A DNA stretch of 64,000 nt. Origin: a virus. Positions 18,767-27,669 of the stretch are shown here, one piece after another. The first letter of the stretch is position 1. Each line of letters starts with the position of its first letter. Location: the IMG/VR virus record IMGVR_UViG_3300035523_000133, positions 695 through 64,694 of that record, one strand, 5' to 3'. The notes under the pieces were generated by a model. It had not been told where the DNA came from, made no database searches, and saw only the letters and a list, made by a program, of their open reading frames with translations. Made by a program: the position numbers and the translations under genes.

Positions 18767-19495
18767 TTAGGCCCTGGCCAGGTTGACGGTGTACGTCTTC
18801 GCCGCCTTGTTGGTTTCTTTGACGCTGATGGTGATAGGCGTCACACTCCCGGCACCGCCGAGGGTGATGGCGCTGGCGGCCACCCCGGTTGCGACTGTCT
18901 GACTTGTTCCACCCGCCGTGATGGTGATGACGCCGGCGGCCGCGGTCGGCGTGATGATGATCGAGGTAACGCCCGTGAGGACGGTAGACACATAGGAGGT
19001 TACCGATCCGGATGCGGCCGGGACTAGGGTTGCGCTGTTGTTTAGCGTGAAGAACGGCGTCGTCAAGCCCGTGCTGGTGGCGACGGCCAGGACCGGCTGG
19101 CCGGTGATTTTCAAGGAGGCTTTGAACCCCAGCTTGGTATCCTTGGCCTTGGCGTCGTCAACTTCGAACGATTCCACAAGGGCGTTAAAGGTGAATGTAG
19201 TCCCGGTGGAGGCCGGGAACGTGATCACAAACGCCTGCACGGTGCCGGCGTTCATGTCGGTGACGAGACCAATCTGCCCGTTTGTGTCGCTTCCAATGAA
19301 GTTGCCGTCAAGGTTCACCGAGCCGCCGCTCAAAATGCCGCCGATGAATTCCTCGTACGCGGCGGGGGACTGCATGTTGGTGACATCGACGGTGCTCTGC
19401 TTGAGTTTGGGGCTGCCAATTGTCGTCAGTTCAGCAATGACGTTGCTCGCACGCGTTAGAGTGGTTCCAAAGGTTACAACCGCAGCACTGGTCAT
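18767..19495 (-). CDS. Major tail tube protein with C-terminal cadherin/Ig-like domain
   Basis: IAELTTIG.P...TVDVTNM.S...EEFIGG...G.V...GNF; C-terminal ITPTA...KTYTVNLARA. Confidence 0.85.
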   Translation of the reverse strand: MTSAAVVTFGTTLTRASNVIAELTTIGSPKLKQSTVDVTNMQSPAAYEEFIGGILSGGSVNLDGNFIGSDTNGQIGLVTDMNAGTVQAFVITFPASTGTTFTFNALVESFEVDDAKAKDTKLGFKASLKITGQPVLAVATSTGLTTPFFTLNNSATLVPAASGSVTSYVSTVLTGVTSIIITPTAAAGVITITAGGTSQTVATGVAASAITLGGAGSVTPITISVKETNKAAKTYTVNLARA

Positions 19496-19587
19496 AGACG
19501 ATTCCTCCTTGCAATTGGGAAAAATGAACACAGCCAAAGCCGATACGGCTCTAGCTGTTGGTTTGGGGGCTTATGATCGTCGCTTTC

Positions 19588-19983
19588 TCACTCCGCATGC
19601 CAAAGGAACACATCCACAGGGCAGTGGTAGACACGCGTCTCGCCGTCATAGAGGTCCGGTTGGTCCTCCACGAATGACGCCTGGATGTACAGGTCGCCCA
19701 TCAGGCCCACATAGCCGGACAGGGCCGCCTTGACCTGGTTGGAAACGCTCTTGGCGGAAAGGTAGGTCATGGCCCAACATGAAATCTGAAACCGCTTATG
19801 GACCAATCCAGCCGGGCCATCGTGGGCGTACTCGTGTTCGCCGCTGATCTGAGAAAATGTAATGGCCGGAAGCGTTCCCGCCTCCGGCATCACCAGGGGA
19901 TATATCCGGTCTGCAACCAGAGACTTTAGGCCGGGATAGCCTGTTAGGTAGGTGTACAGTGCTTCCTCGGTGGTCGTGCTCAT
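19588..19983 (-). CDS. Tail terminator/completion protein (DUF3168-like)
   Basis: LVADRIYP...P..TLPAITF..IS...RFQISCWA; position. Confidence 0.85.
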   Translation of the reverse strand: MSTTTEEALYTYLTGYPGLKSLVADRIYPLVMPEAGTLPAITFSQISGEHEYAHDGPAGLVHKRFQISCWAMTYLSAKSVSNQVKAALSGYVGLMGDLYIQASFVEDQPDLYDGETRVYHCPVDVFLWHAE

Positions 19984-20423
19984 CGCAGCACCCTAGCCAA
20001 TCCCACCAGTTTCGCCCGAAGGCCCTCGGTGATGGTAACGAGCACCCGCTCTTTGGAGGCGTCGAACGCTGGACGAAAAAATGGATGCGGCGGCACGTGC
20101 CCTACAACATGTCCGCCCTCGCCCAACTTTCCGCCTTTGACCAGCAGGTGACCAAACTCTACCAGGTGTCCAGCAGCGGATATTTTGCGATCGGTTGCCG
20201 CGATGGCGGAGGCGAAATCCCTACCTCGGCGTCGTCCGATCTTGGCCTTTAGCGCCTTCTTGAGGCGGCCTTCCTTCACGGGGACCCGGCTATCAGCCTC
20301 ATCCCGGATAATCACTGCGCCTTCCAGGAGCGTCTTTTCAGTTTCGCGAGGCTCCAGGGCTTTGATGGCTAGTTCAAGCGCCTGCAGGGCCTCCTCGAGT
20401 CCTTGCACCTCTACACCAGCCAT
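19980..20423 (-). CDS. HK97 gp10-like neck protein
   Basis: VEVQGLEE...VPVKEGRLKK...HLVEFG...PHPFFRPAFD. Confidence 0.88.
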   Translation of the reverse strand: MAGVEVQGLEEALQALELAIKALEPRETEKTLLEGAVIIRDEADSRVPVKEGRLKKALKAKIGRRRGRDFASAIAATDRKISAAGHLVEFGHLLVKGGKLGEGGHVVGHVPPHPFFRPAFDASKERVLVTITEGLRAKLVGLARVLR

Positions 20424-20758
20424 CAAATCACCTCCCGACAGGTCAGCCGCAGTTTTCGGTTGCGCAGGTCGATGTCCGCCACAGCCCGGATGTCGTAAAT
20501 GGTGGTCCCGAACTTTATCCGCATGGTGGGCTTGACACCAATCCGATAGCGGATTGTGACGATGGTCCATTGCTCCGACGTGTCACGGGCGTCCGCGAAC
20601 CACTCTTTGCCTTGCAGTGGCTCTATCCCGGCCCAGATGGTGGCCAGATCTTGCCAGGTTGTTATCGTACCGCCCATGCTGTCACGGGCCTGCACCGGCA
20701 TCTGCAGCACAACCCGATGGCGCAGAAACCCCGCCGAAATGGTCTCCGTCGTGGGCAT
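20423..20758 (-). CDS. Head closure protein (SPP1 gp16-like)
   Basis: AGFLRHRVVLQ...D.MGG...W..LATIWA.IEPLQGKEWF...IRYR...MRI. Confidence 0.9.
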   Translation of the reverse strand: MPTTETISAGFLRHRVVLQMPVQARDSMGGTITTWQDLATIWAGIEPLQGKEWFADARDTSEQWTIVTIRYRIGVKPTMRIKFGTTIYDIRAVADIDLRNRKLRLTCREVI

Positions 20759-20762
20759 ATCC

Positions 20763-21755
20763 TCACCACCAGTTCCAGATTCGGTATGGCGCCCAGAGGG
20801 CATCGACGGTAAAGGGCACCTCGATAGCCTGCATACCGCGCCCGGTGATGACCGTCTCCCGGTTCTCATAGAGGTGACTGATGAGCAGCTTCAAGCCTTG
20901 TCGAATTGGTTGCGGCACTTTGTCTGCCGTGCTGCCGTAGCCGCAGGTGAACGGGATCGTGACCGAGTTCGCCGACTGCGGGATATAAATGGGCCACAAC
21001 CGGGCATAGGCCAGGATCAAACGGCCTGGTTCGGAACCGGTGTCCACGATGTAGTTGCTGGAATCCCAGTTGGCCGAAATGTTGGCTGAGTTCACATACG
21101 AGATGGTCCCAATGCTCTGCAACCGCGGCAGTGGAATCGTCAGCCTGTCCTCGTCATAGGGAAATTGGTCCAAGACGAGGTTCCATGTCTGCGTGATCAA
21201 GGCGCGGCGGAGGTGCAGTTCGGCAGTCTGCCGGGCTACGGTAATCAGGGCGTTCAGCAGGTCATCCTCCACCGACGTAACGGCAGATTTGATGACCGTC
21301 GCGCCGAATTCGCAGGCCGCCATGGCCACGGTGGCCACAAACCGAACATAGGCCTTGGTGCCGGTGTAGGACATTTCATAGGTGGCGTTGTTGTTGGCCG
21401 TGGTTGCCTGAGCGAACGCCCCGCCAACCACATCGACATACGACCCGTCAACGTCCTGATCCGACTCCTGCAGTTTGGCATTTACAGTGCCGCCTGTTCC
21501 GAAGGCCCCAGCCTCCAAAACGACGACCGCCTGGTAGCCGGTCACGTTGACGCCGGCACCTTTGAGGCTGTAACTAGCGGCAATTCCATGCGAACCCGGC
21601 GCGATGGACTGGACGGGCAGGATGTTGGTCGCCAGGTCCGTTGTATCCAGGCGCAGGTGAGTTTTGACCTCGGCCAGAGTCAGGGGTTCGACTGCCGGAG
21701 GCGTAACCTCCACCAGCGACCAATGTTTCGAATCTGTGATGCGCCGGAACGCCAT
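20763..21755 (-). CDS. Head-tail adaptor (gp6/gp15-like) with inserted beta-sandwich domain
   Basis: PAVEPLTLAEVKTHLRLD ... EDDLLNALITVARQTAE...RALITQTW ... VPQPIRQGLKLLISHLYENRE, split by about 120 aa. Confidence 0.85.
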   Translation of the reverse strand: MAFRRITDSKHWSLVEVTPPAVEPLTLAEVKTHLRLDTTDLATNILPVQSIAPGSHGIAASYSLKGAGVNVTGYQAVVVLEAGAFGTGGTVNAKLQESDQDVDGSYVDVVGGAFAQATTANNNATYEMSYTGTKAYVRFVATVAMAACEFGATVIKSAVTSVEDDLLNALITVARQTAELHLRRALITQTWNLVLDQFPYDEDRLTIPLPRLQSIGTISYVNSANISANWDSSNYIVDTGSEPGRLILAYARLWPIYIPQSANSVTIPFTCGYGSTADKVPQPIRQGLKLLISHLYENRETVITGRGMQAIEVPFTVDALWAPYRIWNWW

Positions 21756-21785
21756 GGCCAAACCCTCCCTTCAAGCCCGGCCGCA

Positions 21786-22151
21786 CTACCGCAGGTACAG
21801 GTAAACCGTGCCGGACTTGGCGTTTCCGGCGTTCGTGATGCTCAGTGCCAGCGTATCGTTCGCCACCACGCCCAGCGAGGACGCCAGCACCTGCTCTGTG
21901 GCCGCATTGCTGCGGTTGGCCCCCGCGCCCATGAGCACGTCGGTGCCATCCTGGTCGTTTACCGTCACGTCATACTGGTCGGTCGGCTGCGCGCCGGCCG
22001 TACCGGGGACTGTAACCAGGCGACGGATTTCGCCCGAGTACGCCCCGTCCGTCGTGGCCGTCGCGATGCCGCCCGCCGTGCTTGTCCACGCGAACGCGAT
22101 TTTCTTCATGGTGCTGTAGGTCTCTTCGGCAATGGTCACGGTACCTGCCAT
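21786..22151 (-). CDS. Hypothetical virion protein (beta-rich)
   Basis: 121 aa in head-neck region, SD. Confidence 0.65.
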   Translation of the reverse strand: MAGTVTIAEETYSTMKKIAFAWTSTAGGIATATTDGAYSGEIRRLVTVPGTAGAQPTDQYDVTVNDQDGTDVLMGAGANRSNAATEQVLASSLGVVANDTLALSITNAGNAKSGTVYLYLR

Positions 22152-22167
22152 GCGATCACCCCTTCAG

Positions 22168-22194
22168 CAAAGGGGCCGGGCAGCGCCCAGCCCC
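22168..22194 (-). terminator. Intrinsic terminator
   Basis: GGGGCTGGGC-GCT-GCCCGGCCCC-TTTG on - strand. Confidence 0.6.
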
Positions 22195-22202
22195 CGCCGT
22201 TA

Positions 22203-23216
22203 TTACGAACCGATGACATACCGCAGGAACACATGAACCTTGCCAGCGGTGAACGCCTGGGTGGCGATGGTAAACGTTACGTTGCGGGCCTGGGTTGTCT
22301 TTACCGCCGTGGCGGCCGAACCGACCGGTACCACATCATGCCGTCCGGCATCCCACGGGTTGCCGCCGTTGCTCACCGCGATCGCGGCTACGATGTCGTT
22401 TGCCCCTTCGACCGAGATGGCCATGGTGCCAGCGTCCCCGCCTGCCGTGGTGCAGGTGGTCTTAACATCAACCATGCCGTCCAGGATGACCGCGTTGGCG
22501 GGGATGGTCACACCGGAGTCGATTGCAGAAATGGCCCCACCGTTAACAGCGAAGTCGTAGGTGGCGCGCGCCACCCGCACCGGGTGAAGCCCGTCCGCGT
22601 TGGCGGCGACGAGGTGGGACTCCGCGACGGACAGGCCCTGCAGTTCGTTACTGCCGAACTTGATGACGGTGGCCAGCCCGAGGTCGAAACGGATTTCACC
22701 GACAGTGGCCGATTTCACCGAAACATTGCCGACCCGCTGCGCGATCGCGTTCGCCGCAGTTGGGGCCGTCAGAGTCCACCCACCGGCAGTGGCGCTCAGG
22801 TAGACCGGATCGCCCGCGGTGGCCGCGTTGGTGTTCAGGGCGGTCAGTGTATGGGTGCGATAGGCCGTGCCGGTGGCACCGCTGGCGACAGTTCCGTGCA
22901 TGATCAACGTGGCCAGCTTGCCTGCCGCATCGGCGTCGGCCTTGTTGACCACAAACGCCGCACTGGCGGCATTCCAACCGCTGACATAGACCAGGTCGCC
23001 TTCGACCAGGTTTTCGCCCGCATAGATGGCCAGCGCCGTAACGATGCCGCCCGAGGTCGTACTCAACGTGCCGCCGGTAACGTCGAGCGTGGCCCCGGAC
23101 GGGATCTGCAGAGTGAGCGTGGCCGGATCAAAGACCGCAATGTTGCCACCGGTGATCTGGTCAAACCACTCCAGTTTCCCGGCGTTCCAGCGGGACCCTA
23201 CATTGGTAACAGGCAT
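22203..23216 (-). CDS. Head decoration/fibre-like protein
   Basis: AGENL..GDLVY...KADAD...ATAGDPVYLS..AG (DUF2190-like) plus C-terminal beta domain; start MPVTN after SD. Confidence 0.65.
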   Translation of the reverse strand: MPVTNVGSRWNAGKLEWFDQITGGNIAVFDPATLTLQIPSGATLDVTGGTLSTTSGGIVTALAIYAGENLVEGDLVYVSGWNAASAAFVVNKADADAAGKLATLIMHGTVASGATGTAYRTHTLTALNTNAATAGDPVYLSATAGGWTLTAPTAANAIAQRVGNVSVKSATVGEIRFDLGLATVIKFGSNELQGLSVAESHLVAANADGLHPVRVARATYDFAVNGGAISAIDSGVTIPANAVILDGMVDVKTTCTTAGGDAGTMAISVEGANDIVAAIAVSNGGNPWDAGRHDVVPVGSAATAVKTTQARNVTFTIATQAFTAGKVHVFLRYVIGS

Positions 23217-23287
23217 TCGGGTGCCTCCCTTCGGGTTAGCAAAGGACCGGCCACCCCAAGCGAGGCGGCCGGTCGTCACGGGAACGA

Positions 23288-23755
23288 TCAGGCGAGGACC
23301 GTGGCCGACTGGGTGCCCGCATACCGGGACCCGCTCAGGGCGACCGTAGCACACGCAATCACGCTGTTGGCGCCGTTGGTCAGGGACAGTTCAACCCATG
23401 GCGAATCGGCGGGCAGTTCGGCGGAATCCAGCTCGATCAAGTACATGATCGAGTCATTGGCGCTCGGGGTCAGGCCGGTCGCCGCAACCAATGTGCGGGC
23501 GCTCAGGACATCACTGGCGGTCGTCTCGCAGGAGTAAACATGGAACGGAATGGCCGTCGCAACGCCTGCGGTAGCCAGGGTGCAGGCATTGACAATGATC
23601 TTTGTGAAGGTCGCCGCACTGACACCGATCGACAGGGTGATCGTGGCATGGTTGTGCCGCCCCAACGTGAAGCGATCCGCAAGAACGCCACCGGTGATAT
23701 CCACCGGGGGCAGGATGTTCACCACATGGCCCATCTCAGCCGTAACAAAACGCAT
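23288..23755 (-). CDS. Capsid accessory protein
   Basis: Beta-rich 155 aa downstream of MCP; SD. Confidence 0.65.
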   Translation of the reverse strand: MRFVTAEMGHVVNILPPVDITGGVLADRFTLGRHNHATITLSIGVSAATFTKIIVNACTLATAGVATAIPFHVYSCETTASDVLSARTLVAATGLTPSANDSIMYLIELDSAELPADSPWVELSLTNGANSVIACATVALSGSRYAGTQSATVLA

Positions 23756-23775
23756 GGTAAGGCCCCTTTCTTTGG

Positions 23776-23800
23776 AAAACAAAAAGAGCCCGAAGGCTCT
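23776..23800 (-). terminator. Intrinsic terminator after capsid-HNH pair
   Basis: AGAGCC-TTCG-GGCTCT-TTTGTTTT. Confidence 0.75.
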
Positions 23801-23818
23801 CAGGGTGGATTGGTGATG

Positions 23819-24445
23819 TCAGAACAACCTCGGTTGGAATGGCTTGCTAAGCCTAGCGCCCTTCGACATGTTGTCTTTGGCCCAAAGGGGCTGAAGATTA
23901 TCCGACCCCCAGCATCTTTTGAAATCAGAGTGCTCCGGGGTTGAATAGTTAAAGGCCGCCCGCGGGATCACATGGTCAATGTGCCACTCGCCCATGTTCT
24001 CCCATGACATTCCGGGCAAGAACTTTTGTTCAAGGTGCGCCATTAACTGTTCCAGGGTGTAGCCAGCAAGCGATTCCCAAGACCTTCCGTTCTTTCTGTC
24101 TCGAAGGGCATTTCTCATCACTGCACTAACTCGCTCATGAACCTGTAGGGCCGGATTGTTTGCACGCCTCTTTCTAGCTCTAGCCGCGACCACCGCCCGC
24201 GCTTCATCAGGCGACAGTTTGTCCCGCCAATTGTTGCCCTTGTTCCATGCCACTGTTCCCTTACGGGTCGCAGAGATTTTCGCCCGAACTTCAGGGTTGC
24301 GGTTCGCGTTATTGGCGCTGAGTCGCTCCAGATACTGCAGGCGACGTTCTTCCGTCCATCCGGCCTTTGTAGCGCGAACGGACTCTACCCGCCTCCGTAT
24401 ATGTTCAGGCGTTTGTTTGCGGCCCGTAAGGGCATGCGGGCTCAC
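23819..24445 (-). CDS. Free-standing HNH homing endonuclease with NUMOD3-like N-terminus
   Basis: GRKQTPEH..., GTVAWNKG, WHIDHVIP...NLQPLWAKDNMSKG; AT-richer. Confidence 0.85.
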   Translation of the reverse strand: MSPHALTGRKQTPEHIRRRVESVRATKAGWTEERRLQYLERLSANNANRNPEVRAKISATRKGTVAWNKGNNWRDKLSPDEARAVVAARARKRRANNPALQVHERVSAVMRNALRDRKNGRSWESLAGYTLEQLMAHLEQKFLPGMSWENMGEWHIDHVIPRAAFNYSTPEHSDFKRCWGSDNLQPLWAKDNMSKGARLSKPFQPRLF

Positions 24446-24446
24446 G

Positions 24447-25784
24447 TTAGCTTCTCGTTGCCAAGGCTACGAACGGGCTCAGGGTGTTGGCAGAGCCGGA
24501 CGCCGGGGTCAGGGCGGTCTTCCACTTGGGCTGTCCGTTGACACGCATCGTCCACCGGAACGTCATCTCATCGTAAATGAACCGGACATGCATGGACGAG
24601 GCGCCCTGCAGGCCATCCTTGCGGACAAGGACATACTGGCTCAGGTCGGCCAGCACGATGTCACCCACGGTGCCCAGAGTGGCGGCCTGTTCAATCGGGA
24701 TCAAGGGAGCGCCGTACAGGGTGTCATACGGCAGGCCGCTGGCGCCGTTGGCAGGCATGAACACGGGCAGACCACCGGTACCCACCGCCAGGGACATTTT
24801 GTGCAACTGCGGCTCGATGTCCTGGTTGTAAAACCAGACCATTTTGGCGCGGCTTTTCGCCCAGAGCCGAGACCGCATGTTGACGATGTTGTCCCACATG
24901 ATCGTCTTGGCCCCCTGCCCGGTCTCTTTGCCAACCGTCACCAGGCAGGGGGCCTTGGTGATGCCCAAGCACTGACCGGCGCCGGTTCCCTGGAAGATTT
25001 CGTCGTCCAGCTTGTACCCGAATTCCGAACTGAACGCATCCCCGTAGATTTTGCTCATGGCCGGGGCGTCGCGGAGCAGGCGGTCGGTGGCGTAGGCCAA
25101 GCCCTTGAGGTCCTCCAGGCGGGTTTCCATCTTGCCGATCTTAGGCCGAGTGGCGTTGACAGCGTCGGCTTCGTTGGCGCGGTAGACCTGCACGCCGCCC
25201 CAGCGGGAACCGGTGACCCGCGAGGTTTCATCGACATACGGGACTTCGAGCGAGTCGGAGCCCTCGCCGATTTCGACCGGGTCGCACCGCGAGGCCAGAA
25301 CACCGGTCTCATAAGCGCGCTGGAAAATCTGGTCCGAGTACTCGGGGTGAATCAGGAAACCGCCATCCGAGGGAATGGAGCCCGCGCCGCCGGACGGATC
25401 ACGCACTTCCAGGAGGCGCCTGTCGACCTCACCGCCGCGATATTCGCCGAATGTAGTACCGCGGGGCGCAGCCGCAGCGACGATCATCTGCAACTGCTCA
25501 CCGAAACTGCGGAATGGCTTGTCCAGGGACCGCTCGCGGCCAACCTCCACGCCACTCGCGGCAGCCCGCGGCGCAGGGATCTTACGGAGTTCAGCCTCTT
25601 CGGCGGCGACAGATTCCTCGGCGGCGATCATGGAGTCGAAGCCGCGGGCCTCGGCGGTCAGAGCTTGGACTTTGGTATCCTCTTCAGCGGTAAAGCCCCG
25701 GTTCTCACCCTGAACCTTGGCCAGCAGGGCGCGGGCCTCGGCAATTTTGGCAGCTTTCGCCTGCCGCATCTCGATCAGAGTCAA
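24447..25784 (-). CDS. Major capsid protein, HK97 fold with delta domain
   Basis: N-terminal coiled coil; PSDGGFLIHPEYS, GTGAGQCLGI, LYGAPLIP, GDIVLADLSQY; TTG start with AAGGAGG. Confidence 0.95.
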   Translation of the reverse strand: MTLIEMRQAKAAKIAEARALLAKVQGENRGFTAEEDTKVQALTAEARGFDSMIAAEESVAAEEAELRKIPAPRAAASGVEVGRERSLDKPFRSFGEQLQMIVAAAAPRGTTFGEYRGGEVDRRLLEVRDPSGGAGSIPSDGGFLIHPEYSDQIFQRAYETGVLASRCDPVEIGEGSDSLEVPYVDETSRVTGSRWGGVQVYRANEADAVNATRPKIGKMETRLEDLKGLAYATDRLLRDAPAMSKIYGDAFSSEFGYKLDDEIFQGTGAGQCLGITKAPCLVTVGKETGQGAKTIMWDNIVNMRSRLWAKSRAKMVWFYNQDIEPQLHKMSLAVGTGGLPVFMPANGASGLPYDTLYGAPLIPIEQAATLGTVGDIVLADLSQYVLVRKDGLQGASSMHVRFIYDEMTFRWTMRVNGQPKWKTALTPASGSANTLSPFVALATRS

Positions 25785-25810
25785 GGTTGGTTCCTCCTTT
25801 TCATTGCAAC

Positions 25811-25838
25811 AAAAATGGCCCCCCGAATTCGGGCGGCC
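25811..25838 (-). terminator. Terminator-like hairpin between protease and capsid genes
   Basis: GC-rich hairpin followed by ATTTTTGTT on - strand. Confidence 0.5.
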
Positions 25839-25857
25839 TGGATGGACGGGTTTTCGG

Positions 25858-27669
25858 TTAGTTGCCTTCGAGTGCCAGGAGGTCTAACTCCCGGCGCCGC
25901 AACTCCAGCACGTCGCCCGTCTCGGTGTGGCTGGGCGCCGGCACCGATTCGGCTCCGCTTGTAGTGGTGGCTTTGGAGTGGGCTCGTTCGCCCGGCTCCG
26001 GCTCCGACTGCAAGGCGGACAAAACTAAAGCGGCTCTGTCTTTCGGCAGGCCGCTCATCAACGATTTCAGCTGGTCATCGGACATCGTGCCCATGGCGCC
26101 CTGGATGGCGTCGATTTGGTCCGGCTCGTCCAGAAGCCCCAAGGCGGATCCATGGATGGTGTGGATGGCGGTTGTGTCCTCGGCACTATGCCGCTTGCCC
26201 GCCCTGGTCTCCGGCTTGGCGCCGTGGCCGCCTGCCGCCCCCATGGCGGCGTTTCGAGTGGCCCAGCGCACGCCCCTGGCCCTGGTAGCCTTCGGCAGGT
26301 AGGCGATTTCGACCGGTTCCAGGTCGCCCAACAGAACCGCCCCGTCCTTCATGATGTAGGATACTTTGAAGTAGTCGCCGGACTGGCGGTCCTCAATCAC
26401 CACGCTGGCCGTGCGGGGAGACACAACCTCGTACCGGGCGTATTCCCAGCTTCCGTCCATGATGGTCCCGAGGTTGCGGACGGCTCGCCAGATGGCTTCC
26501 AGGCGCTCGTAAAGGTCATAGTCGTCGCCCTCGGCGCCTTCGCCCGCGTCTTCCCGGCCGTCATCCTCGGCCAGTTCTTCAATGCAGTCAGCATACTCGC
26601 CGATGCATTCCTGCATCATGGCGATACAGGCGTTGAGTACGGTCGGCTCCTTGACCGCCACGTCAAGCAGCGTTCCGGTGCGCTGGAATAGTTCCGCCCC
26701 TTCGTTGAGGCATTCGGCGCATTCCTCCATGGTGTCATCGCTCATCTCGGTCTGCCCGCAGGCGACGATGCATTTCGCTGCCGCCAGGGCGCCGTTAGCG
26801 CACAGGCCTCGGCACGAATCGGCGTTGGCCTGGTTCCCGGCGATGGTCGGCAGCAGGGCAGCGCATTGCTGGGCGATAGCCCGGCACTGCTGCACCAGCC
26901 CAATCAACTCCTCTGGCGTCATTGACCTCTTCTCCTTGTGGACCCGTTTGGTGTTCCGCTCTTGTTCCTTGGACGTCTTGGCTTCTGCGCTTTCGGCCTT
27001 GGAGGACCGCTCCTGCACCTGGATTACCTCTCGCCGCGGTTCAGGCGCAGTCGCAATCGGACCGGCCTTCGTCCAGATGTCCAGGGTGCTCCTCATCAGC
27101 GCCGCGAGAGTGGGGTCTGACAAATCCCCGTTTCGCAGGTGCTTGTCCAACCGTTGCATGCGCTGCATGACGTCGGCCGCGCGCACGTCCGTGATGGGCG
27201 TGTTCTCGTTCGCACCCCAGGTTACGGGGCCATATTCATATAGGCGAACCTCTGTCAAGTGCCGCTTGCCGTCTGGCGACCGAGCGGCCGGAATGTCTTT
27301 CAGCGACTCAAAGGCGAAGCTCTGCTCGTTCAGCACCCCGTCTTCGATGAGCAGGAGCACGTCCTTGCCGTAAGTGGTGGGTGTGACCTTTGTCTCGTGG
27401 TAGGCCCCGAAGCTGCGCTCCTCCAGCACCAGAGGCTTTCCGAGCAGTGCGGAATACGGATCATGCTGATAGGCGCACTTGATCCGAGGGTGGGCACTCG
27501 TCGGTCCCCATTCCGCCATGGTTTTGGCGAAACAGCCGGCATTGAAAATCGTATCGTAGCTGTCCACCGAGCCGAAGTTCGAGAAGTAGCCGGAGAAAAT
27601 TCCCTGTTTGGCGTCAACATCTCGAACCTCCATCAACGAGAACCGGCGTTCGAGTTCAGGCATTCCCAT
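25858..27669 (-). CDS. HK97-family prohead protease with long C-terminal extension incl. Cys-rich helical segment
   Basis: FSGYFSNFG..DSY...AYQHD...GK...SFAF...EVRLYEYGPVTWGANE.T; residues ~255-365 carry 11 Cys. Confidence 0.9.
   Translation of the reverse strand: MGMPELERRFSLMEVRDVDAKQGIFSGYFSNFGSVDSYDTIFNAGCFAKTMAEWGPTSAHPRIKCAYQHDPYSALLGKPLVLEERSFGAYHETKVTPTTYGKDVLLLIEDGVLNEQSFAFESLKDIPAARSPDGKRHLTEVRLYEYGPVTWGANENTPITDVRAADVMQRMQRLDKHLRNGDLSDPTLAALMRSTLDIWTKAGPIATAPEPRREVIQVQERSSKAESAEAKTSKEQERNTKRVHKEKRSMTPEELIGLVQQCRAIAQQCAALLPTIAGNQANADSCRGLCANGALAAAKCIVACGQTEMSDDTMEECAECLNEGAELFQRTGTLLDVAVKEPTVLNACIAMMQECIGEYADCIEELAEDDGREDAGEGAEGDDYDLYERLEAIWRAVRNLGTIMDGSWEYARYEVVSPRTASVVIEDRQSGDYFKVSYIMKDGAVLLGDLEPVEIAYLPKATRARGVRWATRNAAMGAAGGHGAKPETRAGKRHSAEDTTAIHTIHGSALGLLDEPDQIDAIQGAMGTMSDDQLKSLMSGLPKDRAALVLSALQSEPEPGERAHSKATTTSGAESVPAPSHTETGDVLELRRRELDLLALEGN

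Noticed and set aside
21165-25964. Very long plus-strand ORFs (790 aa at 21165-23537, 602 aa at 24156-25964) and many similar ones elsewhere
   Set aside because: Antisense shadows of well-supported minus-strand genes in GC-rich DNA; no motifs or SDs
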